The notes beneath the pieces are model-generated. The model was given only the letters and a program-made list of their open reading frames with translations, did not search any database and was not told the origin of the DNA. The translations under genes and the position numbers were made by a program. DNA of 64,000 bases, from positions 36,329 through 100,328 of the forward strand of contig CAYGXJ010000040.1 of the NCBI GenBank assembly GCA_964353865.1. The letters are read 5' to 3'. This stretch comes from an uncultured Anaerolineales bacterium (GTDB taxonomy: Bacteria > Chloroflexota > Anaerolineae > Anaerolineales > RBG-16-64-43). Shown here one piece after another: positions 1-12,720 of the stretch; the stretch's first letter is position 1, and every line of letters begins with the position of its first letter.

Positions 1-572
1 AGCGGTCGGCCTGGGCTTCGAACCAGGTCACATCGTGGCTCTGAGGGGCCTCGACGACCTTCTCGGGTGCGGCACCCAGGCGTCGCAAGTTCTCGCAGGC
101 CGCCCGGCTTGTCCCAAGGAAGGCGTCTGCGCGCCGGATAATCAGGCGGCGGGTCATCTTCTGTCCGCGGGTCAGATGCCGCTCGCTGTGGGGTGTGCCT
201 TCGGTCCACACGAGGTAACGCGCGCCACGCAGACGCGCGTAGAGCGCCGCTGTCAACGCGGGCGCCGAGTATTCGTAGCCGATGATCACTTCCGGCCGCA
301 GGCGAGCCAGATGGGCCATCAGTGTCGGATTGATGTAGATGGTCCGCCATTCGCCGTAGTCCGGTTTGCGCAAACGAACGCTGAAGCCGGGCAAGACCGT
401 ATGCTCGAAGCGGAGCGGTTCGCCCTTGAGAGCCCAGTGGCGATCCCATGCGCGGCGGGCGCAGTACAGCACATGCAGGTCGAATTGCGGGTCGAGGGCG
501 AGCGCGCGGAAAAGCGGAATACGGTAGGGGAGAATCTCGTTGTTGAGAATGACCAGGCGCGGTTGCGTCATG
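1..572 (-). CDS. glycosyltransferase family 1 (GT-B/GT4-like), N-terminal part; 3' end outside window
   Basis: I translated the minus strand from ATG 572-570. It reads MTQPRLVILNNEILPYRIPLFRALALDPQFDLHVLYCARR...ARYLVWTEGTPHSERHLTRGQK... and stays open to position 1. It is missing from the ORF track because it has no in-window stop. The + strand ORF 35..1072 is its shadow. Confidence 0.6.
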
Positions 573-768
573 GGCGGTCAGGAGGGCACGACGACCGGAT
601 CCCCCTCGCTGCAGCCGGTCAGCCGCTACACCATTTGTCAAGCGATTCGCGCGGCGCCCGCCATGCGGGGACAGCGCTAGGAGGATTATACATGACCACC
701 GCGGGCCAACGGACCGGCCGGGGGCGCGCTCGGGCAGGGGCCGCACCTCCCGCGGGGAGCGCCACGCC

Positions 769-2622
<1,854 letters not shown>

Positions 2623-2935
2623 TCACGAAGGAAGAGAGCCTGTGCATTGCAGCACGGCGGGGGTCGGGGTGCAGCCTGAGTACCCCTGGGGAGCGGGGTC
2701 TTAATGTGCAGAGCGGCAAGCGATCCATGAGCCTCCATGCGTTCATCGGAGTTGCCAATCTGCCATGTTGCCTTTGTGTCGGGGACAGTCGACGCGCTTA
2801 AATGGCTGTTTGGAGAAAGGATCCGCCATGCAGACAATTCCTGGGATGGGTAAACTAGGATGCGAGCAAAGCCCGTCCCTGCCAGGCGGCACGCTGCCCG
2901 CTGGCGGGGGCTAATTCCCACAAAGGGCCGGGACC

Positions 2936-4405
2936 ATGCGCTATTTGCTGGGCATCGATCAAGGAACCACCCAGACAACAGCGGTCGTGATTGATGAGAA
3001 TGGCTTGGTCGTCGCCTCGCGCGCCGCCCAGGTCCCGGTCTCGTTCCCGCAGCCTGGCTGGGTGGAACAAGACCCATGGGACTTGGTGCGCACGGTGCGC
3101 GAAGCCGCGGGGCCGCTGGTGGAGGCTTACCCGATCGAGGCGGTCGGGTTTGACAACCAGGGCGAAACATTCCTCCTGTGGGACGCTGAGAGCGGTGAGC
3201 CGCTCACACCGGCGGTTGTCTGGCAAGACAAGCGCGGGGTGAGGGTGTGCGAGTCGCTCGCTGCCCGCACCGATCATGAATGGCTGCGGCGCACGACCGG
3301 CCTCCGGCTCGACAGCTATTTCTCCGCGCCCAAACTGCGCCACGTGCTCGACGCTCGCCCGGACCTGGCGCGGGCGGCTGCCCAAGGTCGGGTTCGGTTT
3401 GGGACAACCGAGACCTGGGTGTTATGGCAACTCAGCAGCGGCCGGCTTCACGTCACCGATCCCTCGACGGCCTCGCGAACCCTGCTCTACAACATCCAGG
3501 ATTTGCGGTGGGACCCAAAGCTGCTCGAGCTGTTCGGCGTCGATATGCGCATGCTTCCCGATGTCAGGCCCTCGGCGGGGATCGTCGGCACGATTGAACT
3601 GGCCGGGCAGACGCTCCCGCTCCACGCCCTGCTGGTCGATCAGCAGGCGGCGCTTTTTGGCCAGGCCTGCTTCAATCCGGGCGACATGAAGTGCACCTTT
3701 GGCACAGGCAGCTTCCTTCTCATGAACATCGGAAGCGCGCCGCGACTCTCGAGTCACGGGTTGCTCACGACCATCGCTTGGCAAATCGGGAAGCACACGA
3801 GCTACGCCCTGGACGGCGGCGTGTTCGTGGCCGGAGCCGCCGTGCAATGGCTGACGGAAAGCCTCAAGCTGCTGCCCAACGTCGCGGCCAGCGCCGCCAT
3901 GGCACAGGCCTCGCGCGACCCCGGCGTCGTAGTGGTTCCGGCATTGGCCGGCCTGGCCGCGCCGCATTGGAAGCCGGAGGTGCGCGGCGCGGTCTTTGGC
4001 CTGAGCCGCGCCACCACGCCTGAGGATTTGGTGCGGGCCACCCTCGAAGGAATCGCCTGCCGCGTGACCGAGGTCGTGCGGGCGATGGAGCAGGATGGCG
4101 GGCGGGCGGTGAGCTCGCTGCGAGTTGATGGCGGTCCGGCGGCCAACCCGTTCTTGATGCAAGCGCTGGCCGATCTTTCCGGGGTGGAGGTTCGCGTGGC
4201 GGCCGAGCGCGAGGCGACTGCCGTTGGCGTGGCGACCCTGGCCGGACACTCCGCGCTGGGCCTCCCGCTGGCCGCCCTCGCCGCTCGCTGGCGGGCACAG
4301 GCCACGTATACTCCCGCCATTGGCGAGGATGAACGCGAGACCCATCAGGACCGTTGGCGGCGGGCGCTTGCGGCGGTCCAGATTTTCCACGACAATCAGC
4401 CCTGA
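2936..4405 (+). CDS. glpK: glycerol kinase (FGGY family)
   Basis: 489-aa ORF with blocks collinear with GlpK: LGIDQGTTQTTAVV, GWVEQDPWDL, FDNQGETFLLWD, YFSAPKLRHVLD, VDQQAALFGQ, TFGTGSFLLMN, VPALAGLAAPHW, LRVDGGPAANPFLMQ. Confidence 0.85.
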   Translation: MRYLLGIDQGTTQTTAVVIDENGLVVASRAAQVPVSFPQPGWVEQDPWDLVRTVREAAGPLVEAYPIEAVGFDNQGETFLLWDAESGEPLTPAVVWQDKRGVRVCESLAARTDHEWLRRTTGLRLDSYFSAPKLRHVLDARPDLARAAAQGRVRFGTTETWVLWQLSSGRLHVTDPSTASRTLLYNIQDLRWDPKLLELFGVDMRMLPDVRPSAGIVGTIELAGQTLPLHALLVDQQAALFGQACFNPGDMKCTFGTGSFLLMNIGSAPRLSSHGLLTTIAWQIGKHTSYALDGGVFVAGAAVQWLTESLKLLPNVAASAAMAQASRDPGVVVVPALAGLAAPHWKPEVRGAVFGLSRATTPEDLVRATLEGIACRVTEVVRAMEQDGGRAVSSLRVDGGPAANPFLMQALADLSGVEVRVAAEREATAVGVATLAGHSALGLPLAALAARWRAQATYTPAIGEDERETHQDRWRRALAAVQIFHDNQP

Positions 4406-4521
4406 GGAAAGGAGGTGAGGCTCTCCAGGTTCAGCCTGTTGGAGGGGTTCGACCCGATTGACCCGAGCACCAGGGACCCCCGGTAGGGGTGTCTCACCCT
4501 GAAGGTCAAGGAGATGTCCCA

Positions 4522-6162
4522 ATGGAAGGTACAGTTGTCAGCATGAAACTGTACGCGCGTCGCAGCTCCGGGCTGATCCGCACCATCGGCTCGTTTGGCG
4601 CGATGGTGTTTGGCGTTCACTGCATCAGCCTTTCATCGTCCGGTTTCATTCCGTTTTCGTGGGTGGCCTCCGTGTGGCCCGGCGCCTCGATCATCGGGGT
4701 GCTTTCAATCGCAGCCTTCCTCTCGCTCTTCCACGGCTACACCTATGCCGTCATCGGCGCGGCCATGCCACGTTCCGGGGCCGACTACACCCTGGCCAGC
4801 CGCGTGCTCAACGCGCCCCTGGCTTTTGCCGCCTCGTGGACACTGGTTATCTTCAGCGGCGTCGTGGCCGGGGGGCTGATCGCATGGATCCCCAACTCGG
4901 CCTTCCCCGCCCTGTTGCAGCCGGCCGCCATTCTCTTCAAGAACGACACCTTCAACCAGTGGGCAGCCTACGCCACGTCGTTCCAGGGCAAACTGGTGAT
5001 AGGCACCATCTGCGTGCTGATCACCTACGTCACCATGCTCATGCCCACGCGCACCATCGTGCGCATTCTGGAAATCGGCTTCTTCCTGGGCGTGTTGGCC
5101 TGGGTGATCATCTACTTCCAGTTGCTGTCGGCCAAGGGCCCGCAGGATTTCGTCGATGCCTGGAACAAGTTCATGGCCTCCACCAGCAAGTTCGGCGCCT
5201 ACGATCAGCGCATCCCGCTGGCCGAGAAAGCCGGCATGGTCCTCAACCGCAACATGGCCACCATGACCCTGGCCGGCCTGATCATGGGCTTCTGGATCTT
5301 CTACGGCTACTACATCCCGACCTTCTTCGCCGGTGAGGTCAAGCAGGCTTCGCGCACGCTGCTCACCGGCAGCTGGTCGTCGATCATCGTCACCTGGGCG
5401 ATCTTCGCCTTCGCCGTGGTGCTGCTGCAGCGGCTGACCCCGCTGGATTGGATCTCGGCCGAAGGCTACCTCTCGAACAACGGAGCGGCGGTGACCGCGG
5501 CGGCGGGTGAGCCGGTGATGGCCATGCCGTGGATCACCTTCTACGCCGGCATTCTCCAGCCGAACTTCTGGCTGGTGTTCATCACCGCCATCGCCTGGAT
5601 CTACACCCTGATCAACCTGGCACAGACGTACTTCTTCTACGCCAGCCGCATCATCTTCGCCTGGGCCTTCGACCGCATCATCCCCGATCGCATCGCCTAC
5701 GTTCACCCGAAGTGGGGCAGCCCGATCGTGGCTATCACTCTCATCGCGCTGGTCGCGGAGTACGGCGTGTACGACGCGGCCGTCGGCGGACCGCTGGGCA
5801 CCCAGCTCACGTTCGCCTTCTTCGCCGTGGTCACGCAGCTTGTGGCCGTGACCGCCATCACGCTGTTCCCCTTCCTCAAGCCGGAACTCTTCGAGCAGAG
5901 TCCGGAGATCGTCAAGCGGCGCATCGGCAAGGTGCCGCTCATCACGGTTATCGGCGGCATCACGCTTGTCTATCTGATCTGGATGATCGTCGCCTCCTTC
6001 CTCTTCCCGGCGGTGGGCGTGGCCAACCCGGCACGCACCGTACCCATCCTGCTGGGCATGCTGGCCAGCGGCCTCCTCATCTACTACGGGGCACGCTGGT
6101 ACCGCATGAAGAAGGAAGGCATCGACATCGCCCTGACCTTCAAGTCGGTGCCCCCGGTCTAG
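4522..6162 (+). CDS. APC-superfamily permease (amino acid/polyamine-type transporter)
   Basis: ORF 4489..6162 is a long polytopic hydrophobic protein with many predicted TM segments. Start placed at ATG 4522, 8 nt after AAGGAG; 4489 and 4543 are alternatives. Substrate unknown. Confidence 0.7.
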   Translation: MEGTVVSMKLYARRSSGLIRTIGSFGAMVFGVHCISLSSSGFIPFSWVASVWPGASIIGVLSIAAFLSLFHGYTYAVIGAAMPRSGADYTLASRVLNAPLAFAASWTLVIFSGVVAGGLIAWIPNSAFPALLQPAAILFKNDTFNQWAAYATSFQGKLVIGTICVLITYVTMLMPTRTIVRILEIGFFLGVLAWVIIYFQLLSAKGPQDFVDAWNKFMASTSKFGAYDQRIPLAEKAGMVLNRNMATMTLAGLIMGFWIFYGYYIPTFFAGEVKQASRTLLTGSWSSIIVTWAIFAFAVVLLQRLTPLDWISAEGYLSNNGAAVTAAAGEPVMAMPWITFYAGILQPNFWLVFITAIAWIYTLINLAQTYFFYASRIIFAWAFDRIIPDRIAYVHPKWGSPIVAITLIALVAEYGVYDAAVGGPLGTQLTFAFFAVVTQLVAVTAITLFPFLKPELFEQSPEIVKRRIGKVPLITVIGGITLVYLIWMIVASFLFPAVGVANPARTVPILLGMLASGLLIYYGARWYRMKKEGIDIALTFKSVPPV

Positions 6163-6190
6163 ACCGGCGGACTTCGGCGCTGTTCGTCGT

Positions 6191-6226
6191 CACCCTCTCC
6201 CTCCCCGCGCGGGGAGGGAGAGGGTG
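6191..6226. repeat. 36-bp perfect palindrome (GA/CT-rich hairpin), possible terminator or REP-like element
   Basis: CACCCTCTCCCTCCCCGC|GCGGGGAGGGAGAGGGTG lies 29 nt after the permease stop. No U-tract follows. The arms resemble the CCCTCTCCC...GGGAGAGGG hairpins at 38726..38746 and 50276..50296. Confidence 0.5.
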
Positions 6227-6270
6227 GTACTATGATGGCCGCTCGGCACTCCCTTGGGTGAGAGTCATGC

Positions 6271-7224
6271 ATGGCGCATACAACGTTGGTGTATGCCTCC
6301 GACCTGCATGGGTCGGAGGGTTTCTTCCGCAAGTTCGTCAGCGCGGCGGTCACCTATAAGGCCCAGGTCGGCATCGTCGGCGGCGACGTGACCGGCAAGG
6401 CCATCACCCCCATCATCCACCGCGGCAAAGAGGACTACGAAGGCTTCCTGTTTGGGTCGCGCGAGACGGCCAACGGCCCTAAGGAACTTGAGGCGCTCAA
6501 GACGCGCATGTCGAACGTTGGCTTCTATCCGCTGGTCCTCGCGCCCGACGAGGCCCAGGCCTTGGAGGGCGACCCAGCCCAGCTCAACGCGACCTTCATG
6601 GGCTTGATGAAAGAGCGCCTCAACCAGTGGTTCGAGTTGGCCGAGAAGCACTGGAAGCCGAAAGGCATCCGCTTCTTCTTTATGGCCGGCAACGACGATC
6701 CTTTCGACATCGACGAGGCGATTAACGCCTCCGGCTTCGTGCAGAACCCCGACGCCCGCCGCTACAGGCTCGACGAATACCACGAATTGGTGGGGCTGGC
6801 TTCAGCCAACATGACTCCCTGGCAGTGCCCGCGCGACGTCGAGGACGAGGCGTTGCTGGCGCAGCTGGAAAAAGTCATGGCGCTAGTAGAAAGCCCGGCC
6901 CAGGCCGTATGCGTCTTCCACGCGCCGCCGTACGATTCACAGCTCGACCTGGCTCCCGCGCTCGACAAGAACCTCAAGATTGAGGCCGGCGGCGGGCAGG
7001 TGATGATGCGGCCGGTGGGCAGCCCGGCGGTGCGCGCGATCATCGAGAAGTACCAGCCATTGCTGACCCTGCACGGCCATATCCACGAATCGCCGGGCTT
7101 CCGCCGGATGGGACGCACGCTGATGATCAACGCCGGCAGCGAATACGCCGAAGGCATCATGCGCGCCGCGCTCATCAATGTCGAGAAGGACAAGGTCAAG
7201 GGGTACATGCCGCTTTCGGCGTGA
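6271..7224 (+). CDS. metallophosphoesterase
   Basis: The calcineurin-like phosphoesterase signature series is present: YASDLHGS, GGDVTGK, GNDDP, FHAPP, HGHIHES. Confidence 0.75.
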   Translation: MAHTTLVYASDLHGSEGFFRKFVSAAVTYKAQVGIVGGDVTGKAITPIIHRGKEDYEGFLFGSRETANGPKELEALKTRMSNVGFYPLVLAPDEAQALEGDPAQLNATFMGLMKERLNQWFELAEKHWKPKGIRFFFMAGNDDPFDIDEAINASGFVQNPDARRYRLDEYHELVGLASANMTPWQCPRDVEDEALLAQLEKVMALVESPAQAVCVFHAPPYDSQLDLAPALDKNLKIEAGGGQVMMRPVGSPAVRAIIEKYQPLLTLHGHIHESPGFRRMGRTLMINAGSEYAEGIMRAALINVEKDKVKGYMPLSA

Positions 7225-8030
7225 CCTGCAGAGGACCGATGGCCGCGCCCAAGTACGGGACCCCGCTCGCCGATTTCATGCCCGAGCGCACGCGCATCCT
7301 GGAAGTGCTCGCGCGCGAAGAAAACCGCGATCTCATCCTGCGCCTGGTGGGCGCCCTGGCGTTTCGAACACATTGCCCGCAGTTCGGCCGCCTGCAGGAT
7401 GAACTGGGGCGCGTCTTCACCGACATCGATTTGGCCGGCTACAGCCGCCAGCGCGAACGCGTGATGCGCCTCTTGGCCGACCTGGGTTACAGTGAAGACA
7501 CTTGGGTGACGCGCTTGTTCGGCGACCAGCGCCTGGTGTATCACGACGAAGACCACGGCCGGCATATCGACGTCTTCTTCGACCAGATGAAGTTCTCACA
7601 TGTCCTGCCGCTCAAAGGCCGCCTGGAAGCCGAAAGAGAAACGCTGCCCCTGGCCGAGCTGCTGCTCGAGAAGATGCAAATTGCCCGCCTCAACGAGAAG
7701 GACCTGATCGATAGCATCATGTTGCTGCGCGAACACTCGGTGGGTCCGAGCGATGCCGAAACAATCCACAGCGGAGTGATCGCCGCGCTGCTGGCGAAGG
7801 ATTGGGGCATCTGGCGCACGGTGACCGCCAACCTGGAGGCCGTGCACCTGCACCTGGGCAGCTACCCGCAGCTGGCGGAAGAGGACCGGCACATCGTCGT
7901 CGAGCGCATCGACCAACTGCAAGCGGCCATCGAAAAAGCGCCCAAGAGCCTGACCTGGAAGGCGCGCAGTGTGATCGGCGACAAGCTCAAGTGGTACGAA
8001 GAGGTTGAGGAACTGAGCGACCGTATCTGA
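7221..8030 (+). CDS. hypothetical protein, possibly nucleotidyltransferase-fold
   Basis: 269-aa ORF. Its GTG start forms a GTGA overlap with the upstream stop. The LVGALAFR...FTDIDLAG pattern resembles the hG[GS]..DxD NTase motif. No firm family call. Confidence 0.5.
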   Translation: MTCRGPMAAPKYGTPLADFMPERTRILEVLAREENRDLILRLVGALAFRTHCPQFGRLQDELGRVFTDIDLAGYSRQRERVMRLLADLGYSEDTWVTRLFGDQRLVYHDEDHGRHIDVFFDQMKFSHVLPLKGRLEAERETLPLAELLLEKMQIARLNEKDLIDSIMLLREHSVGPSDAETIHSGVIAALLAKDWGIWRTVTANLEAVHLHLGSYPQLAEEDRHIVVERIDQLQAAIEKAPKSLTWKARSVIGDKLKWYEEVEELSDRI

Positions 8031-8031
8031 C

Positions 8032-9150
8032 GTGAGCGCCGGCGGCCCCGCGGGCCGCCCGCACCCGGAGGAGCTCGAGGACATGCTCACCGAGCTGCCG
8101 CATCGCCGGCTCAACCCCCTCACCGGCGAATGGGTCCTAGTCTCCCCCCAACGGACGGAGCGCCCGTGGCAGGGCCATGTCGAAGCGTCGCCCGCGGCCG
8201 GGCGCTCCGCCTACGACTCCCAGTGCTACCTCTGCCCGGGCAATGCCCGCGCCGCAGGCCGGCGCAACCCGAACTACACCTCAACCTTTGTTTTCGACAA
8301 CGACTTTCCGGCACTGATCCCGCCTGGGAGCGCGCCACCCGCGGCGCCCGATTCCGGGGCGCTCTTCACCGTGGAGTCCGAACCGGGCCTGTGCCGCGTG
8401 GTGTGCTATTCGCCTCGCCATGACCTCACCTTGCCGGAGCTGGCCCTCGAGCAAGTGCAGGCCGTGGTCGAAACCTGGCGAAAGCAAACGCTCGAGCTGG
8501 CGACTCTTGAATTCATCCATCACGTTCAGATCTTCGAGAACAAGGGCGAAGCGATGGGATGCTCGAACCCGCACCCGCACAGCCAGGTGTGGGCCTCGCG
8601 CCACGTCCCAAACGAGCCGGCTAAGGAGGCCGCAGCCCAGCAAGCCTACAGCGAGCGAACCGGAGGCTGCCTCCTATGCGACCTGACCCGCGAGGAGGCC
8701 GCGCGCGGCACGCGGGTGGTCGTAACCAACGCGTCGTTTCTCGTCGTGGTGCCGTTCTGGGCCGTTTGGCCCTTCGAGACGCTGCTGCTCGCGCGCCGAC
8801 ACGCAGTGGGCTTGCCCGACCTGGAACCGAGCGAGGAGCGGGACCTGGCCGAAATCCTGCGAGCCGTGAGCATTCTGTACGACAACCTGTTTGAGGTATC
8901 CTTCCCATACAGCATGGGCCTGCATCAGGCGGCTTGGCGCGAGCCGCATGCCGATGCGCATCACCTGCACGCGCACTTCTATCCGCCGCTTCTGCGCTCG
9001 GCCTCGGTCCGCAAGTTCATGGTGGGATACGAGATGCTGGCCATGCCGCAGCGAGACCTGACGCCTGAGACGGCAGCCGATGCCTTGCGACGCCTGCCCG
9101 CGACGCATTATCGGGCTCGTTCGGGGGCCGCGTTCGAGGCACGTACCTAG
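8032..9150 (+). CDS. galT: galactose-1-phosphate uridylyltransferase
   Basis: Motifs [18 protein letters not shown], the zinc site CYLCPGN and the active-site HPHSQVWA (HxH). Alternative start at MLTELPH (8083). Confidence 0.85.
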   Translation: MSAGGPAGRPHPEELEDMLTELPHRRLNPLTGEWVLVSPQRTERPWQGHVEASPAAGRSAYDSQCYLCPGNARAAGRRNPNYTSTFVFDNDFPALIPPGSAPPAAPDSGALFTVESEPGLCRVVCYSPRHDLTLPELALEQVQAVVETWRKQTLELATLEFIHHVQIFENKGEAMGCSNPHPHSQVWASRHVPNEPAKEAAAQQAYSERTGGCLLCDLTREEAARGTRVVVTNASFLVVVPFWAVWPFETLLLARRHAVGLPDLEPSEERDLAEILRAVSILYDNLFEVSFPYSMGLHQAAWREPHADAHHLHAHFYPPLLRSASVRKFMVGYEMLAMPQRDLTPETAADALRRLPATHYRARSGAAFEART

Positions 9151-9283
9151 CCATTCCTTCCGCGAGGGGACGCCGCCGAGCGAGAAGCCCCCCGCGCATG
9201 AATCGTATGAGCCCATTGGCCCGCGTGCCGGGTTCTCGGGCACGCTCACCGCGGCCTCTCCAGCTGGCTGAGGGAGGAATCCG

Positions 9284-9961
9284 ATGACGCAGAAGGTCAC
9301 CGACGTCTCCACCGCTCGCGCGGCCTGGGAGGAAACTCTGACCCGGCCGATCGGCGATTTGCAGCGCGAGCTCGCCAAGCGCGACCCCGAGCAGACGGCG
9401 CTCAACGCGGGAACCGTCTACCGCGATGGAGCCATTATCCTGCCCTACTGGGGAGTGGAGTACGCAGTGCGCGTGCCGGAGTATGAGTGTGAGTGTCCGC
9501 CGGGTACGCTGGCCCTGCTGCTCTACTATCTGCATACCGCCGATGGCGCGCCGCTGACGGGCAAATGGGTGGCCTTTCGCGATGTGCCCGGCGGAACTTT
9601 CTACCACAACGCGTTTCAGGGTTACGCCGGAAACCGTCTGGCCAAGTCGCTGGGGGACCAAGTTGCGGCCTTCAAGTACGCCGCCGAGACGATGGGCGGC
9701 GAGGGCGAACCGTTCGGGGATGCGGCCTATCGTTTCCGGCCGCTGCCGCGCTTCCCGCTCATGGCGATCCTGTGGCAAGCCGACGAGGAATTCGAGGCGC
9801 GGGGTTCAGTGCTCTTCGACTCTTCGGCCGGGCACTACCTGCCGATCGACGCGTGTGCTGTCATCGGCTCGTCTCTCGTGCAGAAGGTGGTGCGGCTGGT
9901 GGAGTCGCGCCGCCCCAAACCGCCGGCCGTGTCGACCACGCCCCTGACCTCCATGGAGTAA
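9284..9961 (+). CDS. DUF3786-like protein
   Basis: 225-aa ORF. The blocks LLLYYLHTADGAPLTGKWVAFRDVPGG..FY..AF and FRPLPRFPLMAILWQADEEF...VLFD match my recollection of DUF3786. Not HMM-verified. Confidence 0.55.
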   Translation: MTQKVTDVSTARAAWEETLTRPIGDLQRELAKRDPEQTALNAGTVYRDGAIILPYWGVEYAVRVPEYECECPPGTLALLLYYLHTADGAPLTGKWVAFRDVPGGTFYHNAFQGYAGNRLAKSLGDQVAAFKYAAETMGGEGEPFGDAAYRFRPLPRFPLMAILWQADEEFEARGSVLFDSSAGHYLPIDACAVIGSSLVQKVVRLVESRRPKPPAVSTTPLTSME

Positions 9962-10011
9962 ACGCGGGTCCCGCCGTGCACCTGTGAATCGAGAGTCGAG
10001 GAGAGGCAAAA

Positions 10012-10227
10012 ATGGGCGAGAGCGTGTATAAGATCGTTGAGTTGGTCGGGACGAGCCCCGAATCGTGGGAGAAAGCGGCCCAGGTGGCCATCAACCAGGC
10101 CGCCAAGACGCTGCGCGACTTGCGCGTCGCCGAAGTCTCCGAGCTCGACCTCCAGCTCGAGGATGGCAAGGTGGTGGCGTACCGCGCCAAGGTGAAGCTG
10201 TCATTCAAGTATCATATTGAAGAGTGA
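10012..10227 (+). CDS. dodecin family flavin-binding protein
   Basis: 71 aa. SVYKIVELVGTSPESWEKAAQVAINQAAKTLRDLRVAEV...AYRAKVKLSFKY is a typical dodecin length and sequence. Confidence 0.8.
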   Translation: MGESVYKIVELVGTSPESWEKAAQVAINQAAKTLRDLRVAEVSELDLQLEDGKVVAYRAKVKLSFKYHIEE

Positions 10228-10328
10228 CGTGGTCGGAGCCGGGCTCGCGGCCCCGCCCGTGGCCAGGGTGCTCTGGCGCGGACGTCAGGCAGCGTGCCCA
10301 AGCTGGGCCACCTGGCGGAGGATGCAAG

Positions 10329-10682
10329 ATGTCGAATTCCCCCAACGATCGAGAGCGCCTGCAACGATTGCGTGAGAAGCAGATCAGCGCGCGCGATCCG
10401 CACGCCAAGCATCGCAGGGTCGAGGCCAAGGTGGCTGCCCGCCGCCGCACCACGGTGAAGCGCTTTTCGATCCGCATGCTCGCCGAGGTTCCGCACAAGT
10501 TTGTGTGGGCCCTTGGCGGCGCGCTGTTTGGCGTGCTCGTGATAATTCTGCTGCCCTACTTTTGGCCGGACCCTCGCGCCTACCTGGTTGCACTGGTGGC
10601 GCTGCTCTTCCTGGCGGCCGTCGGCTTCTTCTTTGGCCGGGCGCTGGATGCGCGCGACGAATTGAACGACCTGACTCGCTAG
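10329..10682 (+). CDS. small membrane protein (hypothetical)
   Basis: Within ORF 10224..10682. ATG 10329 is preceded by GGAGGA. A basic N-terminus is followed by two hydrophobic segments (FVWALGGALFGVLVIILL, LVALVALLFLAAVGFFFG). Confidence 0.5.
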   Translation: MSNSPNDRERLQRLREKQISARDPHAKHRRVEAKVAARRRTTVKRFSIRMLAEVPHKFVWALGGALFGVLVIILLPYFWPDPRAYLVALVALLFLAAVGFFFGRALDARDELNDLTR

Positions 10683-10958
10683 ACCCGCCACGGGGGAGCG
10701 AGTGCCGAGATCGCAGCCCCGCGCAGCCGATCGGGGTGGCCCTCCTGTGGGCTGTAGGTCCGGGCTGCAAGGAAATCGCCTGGGGGATCCGATGTTCTCG
10801 ACCTTGGCGGCGAAACGGAATGGATCGCGGGCACGAGGGGACCATCCGAAATAGGCTTCGCGCGTCCAGGCGGTGCAGGTGCGGAGAGCTTGGCTGGAAA
10901 GTTCTATGGGACCACCGCAGGGCAGTCTGTCCGACATCCTGGAAGTGGAGTAAACACA

Positions 10959-11900
10959 ATGGCCCGTCACAAGATCATCGTCAACCCAACCTCTGGCCGC
11001 GGCGCCGGCGGCGAATCGATCCCGGTCTTGGAAGCCGGTCTGAAGCAGGCGGGGCTCGCTTACGACTTGGTGCGCACCAAGCGCCCCTGGCATGCGGCCG
11101 AACTGGCCCGCGAAGCTGCCGCTGCCGGTTACGAGGTGGTGGTGGCGGTCGGCGGAGACGGCACCGCGAACGAGGTGCTCAACGGACTGATGCTGGCGCG
11201 CGAAACCAACCCGCGGCTGCGGCCGGTGATGGGTTTGATCAGCGTCGGCCGCGGCAACGACTTTGCATTCGGGGCGGGCATTGAGCACGGTGCACAGGCC
11301 GGCCTGGCCGCCCTGGCCGCCGGCCGCCGGGTACCCATGGACGTGGGGCGAGTCTCAGGCGGCCTCTACCCGCAGGGTCGATACTTTGGCAACGGGGTGG
11401 GCATCGGTTTCGACGCCGTGGTCGGCTTCGAGGCGGTGAAACTCAAACGCCTGACGGGCTTCCCTTCCTACATTGTCGCAGCGTTGCGCACTATCTTCCT
11501 CTACTATCGCGCGCCGCGCGTGCGCATTGAAACTGACAGCGGCCCGCTCGAACTCTCGGCGCTCATGGTCTCGATTATGAACGGGCGGCGCATGGGCGGC
11601 GGGTTCATGATGGCGCCCGGCGCCCTCATTGACGACGGTCTGTTCGACCTGTGCATTGCGCGGCAGGTTAGCAAGGCGGGCATCTTCGCCCTCATCCCGC
11701 GCTTCATGAAGGGCACGCAGGGATCGCACCCGGCCATCGTCACGGCGCGCACCAAACGCATCACCGTCACTGCCCTGGAGGGCGTGCTGCCCGCGCACGC
11801 CGACGGCGAGACCCTCTCAACCGATGGCACGCGGCTGGTGGTTGAGATCGTGCCGCGACCTATTGAGATCATTACGATACTGGCTGGAGGTACCGCATGA
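10959..11900 (+). CDS. diacylglycerol kinase-family lipid kinase (YegS/LCB5-like)
   Basis: MARHKIIVNPTSGRGAG...VVVAVGGDGTANEV...GRGNDFA are DAGK catalytic-domain motifs. Start chosen inside ORF 10890..11900. Confidence 0.8.
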   Translation: MARHKIIVNPTSGRGAGGESIPVLEAGLKQAGLAYDLVRTKRPWHAAELAREAAAAGYEVVVAVGGDGTANEVLNGLMLARETNPRLRPVMGLISVGRGNDFAFGAGIEHGAQAGLAALAAGRRVPMDVGRVSGGLYPQGRYFGNGVGIGFDAVVGFEAVKLKRLTGFPSYIVAALRTIFLYYRAPRVRIETDSGPLELSALMVSIMNGRRMGGGFMMAPGALIDDGLFDLCIARQVSKAGIFALIPRFMKGTQGSHPAIVTARTKRITVTALEGVLPAHADGETLSTDGTRLVVEIVPRPIEIITILAGGTA

Positions 11901-12640
11901 GCGTGACCGAATGGGTGGTCACCGGCACGCTGCGCCGCATGACCCGCATCTTGTGCCGGGTCGATGACCGCGAGTTGACGCGCATTCCCTCGCGTGGGCC
12001 GCTCATCCTGGTGGTTAACCACGTGAACTTCCTTGAGGTTCCCCTCATGTATTCCCACCTGCGGCCGCGGCCGATCACCGGCTTCGCCAAAAGCGAAACA
12101 TGGGACAACCCGGCCATGGGCTGGCTGTTCAATGTCCTTCAGGCCATCCCACTGCGTCGCGGCGAGGCGGACGCGCGCGCTTTCCGGAAAGCGCTCGAGG
12201 TCATCCAGGGCGGTGGCATCATGGGCGTCGCCCCCGAGGGAACGCGCAGCAATGATGGGCGCCTGCTTCATGGGCGGCCGGGCGTGGTCATGCTCGCCTT
12301 GAAGAGCGGCGCGCCGCTCCAGCCGGTGGCCTACTACGGCAGCGAGCGCTTCCATCGCAACATTCGCCGCCTGCAGCGCACTGAATTCAACATCACCGTC
12401 GGCTACCCCTTCTACCTCGAGGCGCACGGCGAGAAGGTCACGCGCGAAGTGCGCCAGCGGATGACCAACGAAATCATGTACCAGCTGGCGTCCATCCTGC
12501 CGCCGGAGTATCGTGGTCAGTACTCCAACCTGGATGCCGCCAGCGAGGACTACCTGCGCTTCCCCTCCGGCTCGCAAAGCAATCTGGCGCGTGCGGCCAC
12601 GTTTGGTGCCAATTGGGCGGCGGCCCCGGCCCAAGGTTAA
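11897..12640 (+). CDS. lysophospholipid (1-acyl-sn-glycerol-3-phosphate) acyltransferase
   Basis: 4-nt overlap with the lipid kinase gene. Acyltransferase blocks NHVNFLEVP (HX4D-type position) and GVAPEGTRS are present. Confidence 0.75.
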   Translation: MSVTEWVVTGTLRRMTRILCRVDDRELTRIPSRGPLILVVNHVNFLEVPLMYSHLRPRPITGFAKSETWDNPAMGWLFNVLQAIPLRRGEADARAFRKALEVIQGGGIMGVAPEGTRSNDGRLLHGRPGVVMLALKSGAPLQPVAYYGSERFHRNIRRLQRTEFNITVGYPFYLEAHGEKVTREVRQRMTNEIMYQLASILPPEYRGQYSNLDAASEDYLRFPSGSQSNLARAATFGANWAAAPAQG

Positions 12641-12720
12641 CGGTCGTCGAATCTCCTTAACACGAGGCGGCCGGCGGGTCGCCTCGTCCCTTTTCTAGAG
12701 GAGGAGCGGAGGACCCTCAA

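Noticed and set aside
18-32. tRNA-like T-loop string GGCTTCGAACC near the window start
   Set aside because: It lies inside the glycosyltransferase reading frame (..WFEAQAD..). No acceptor or anticodon arms can be folded around it.
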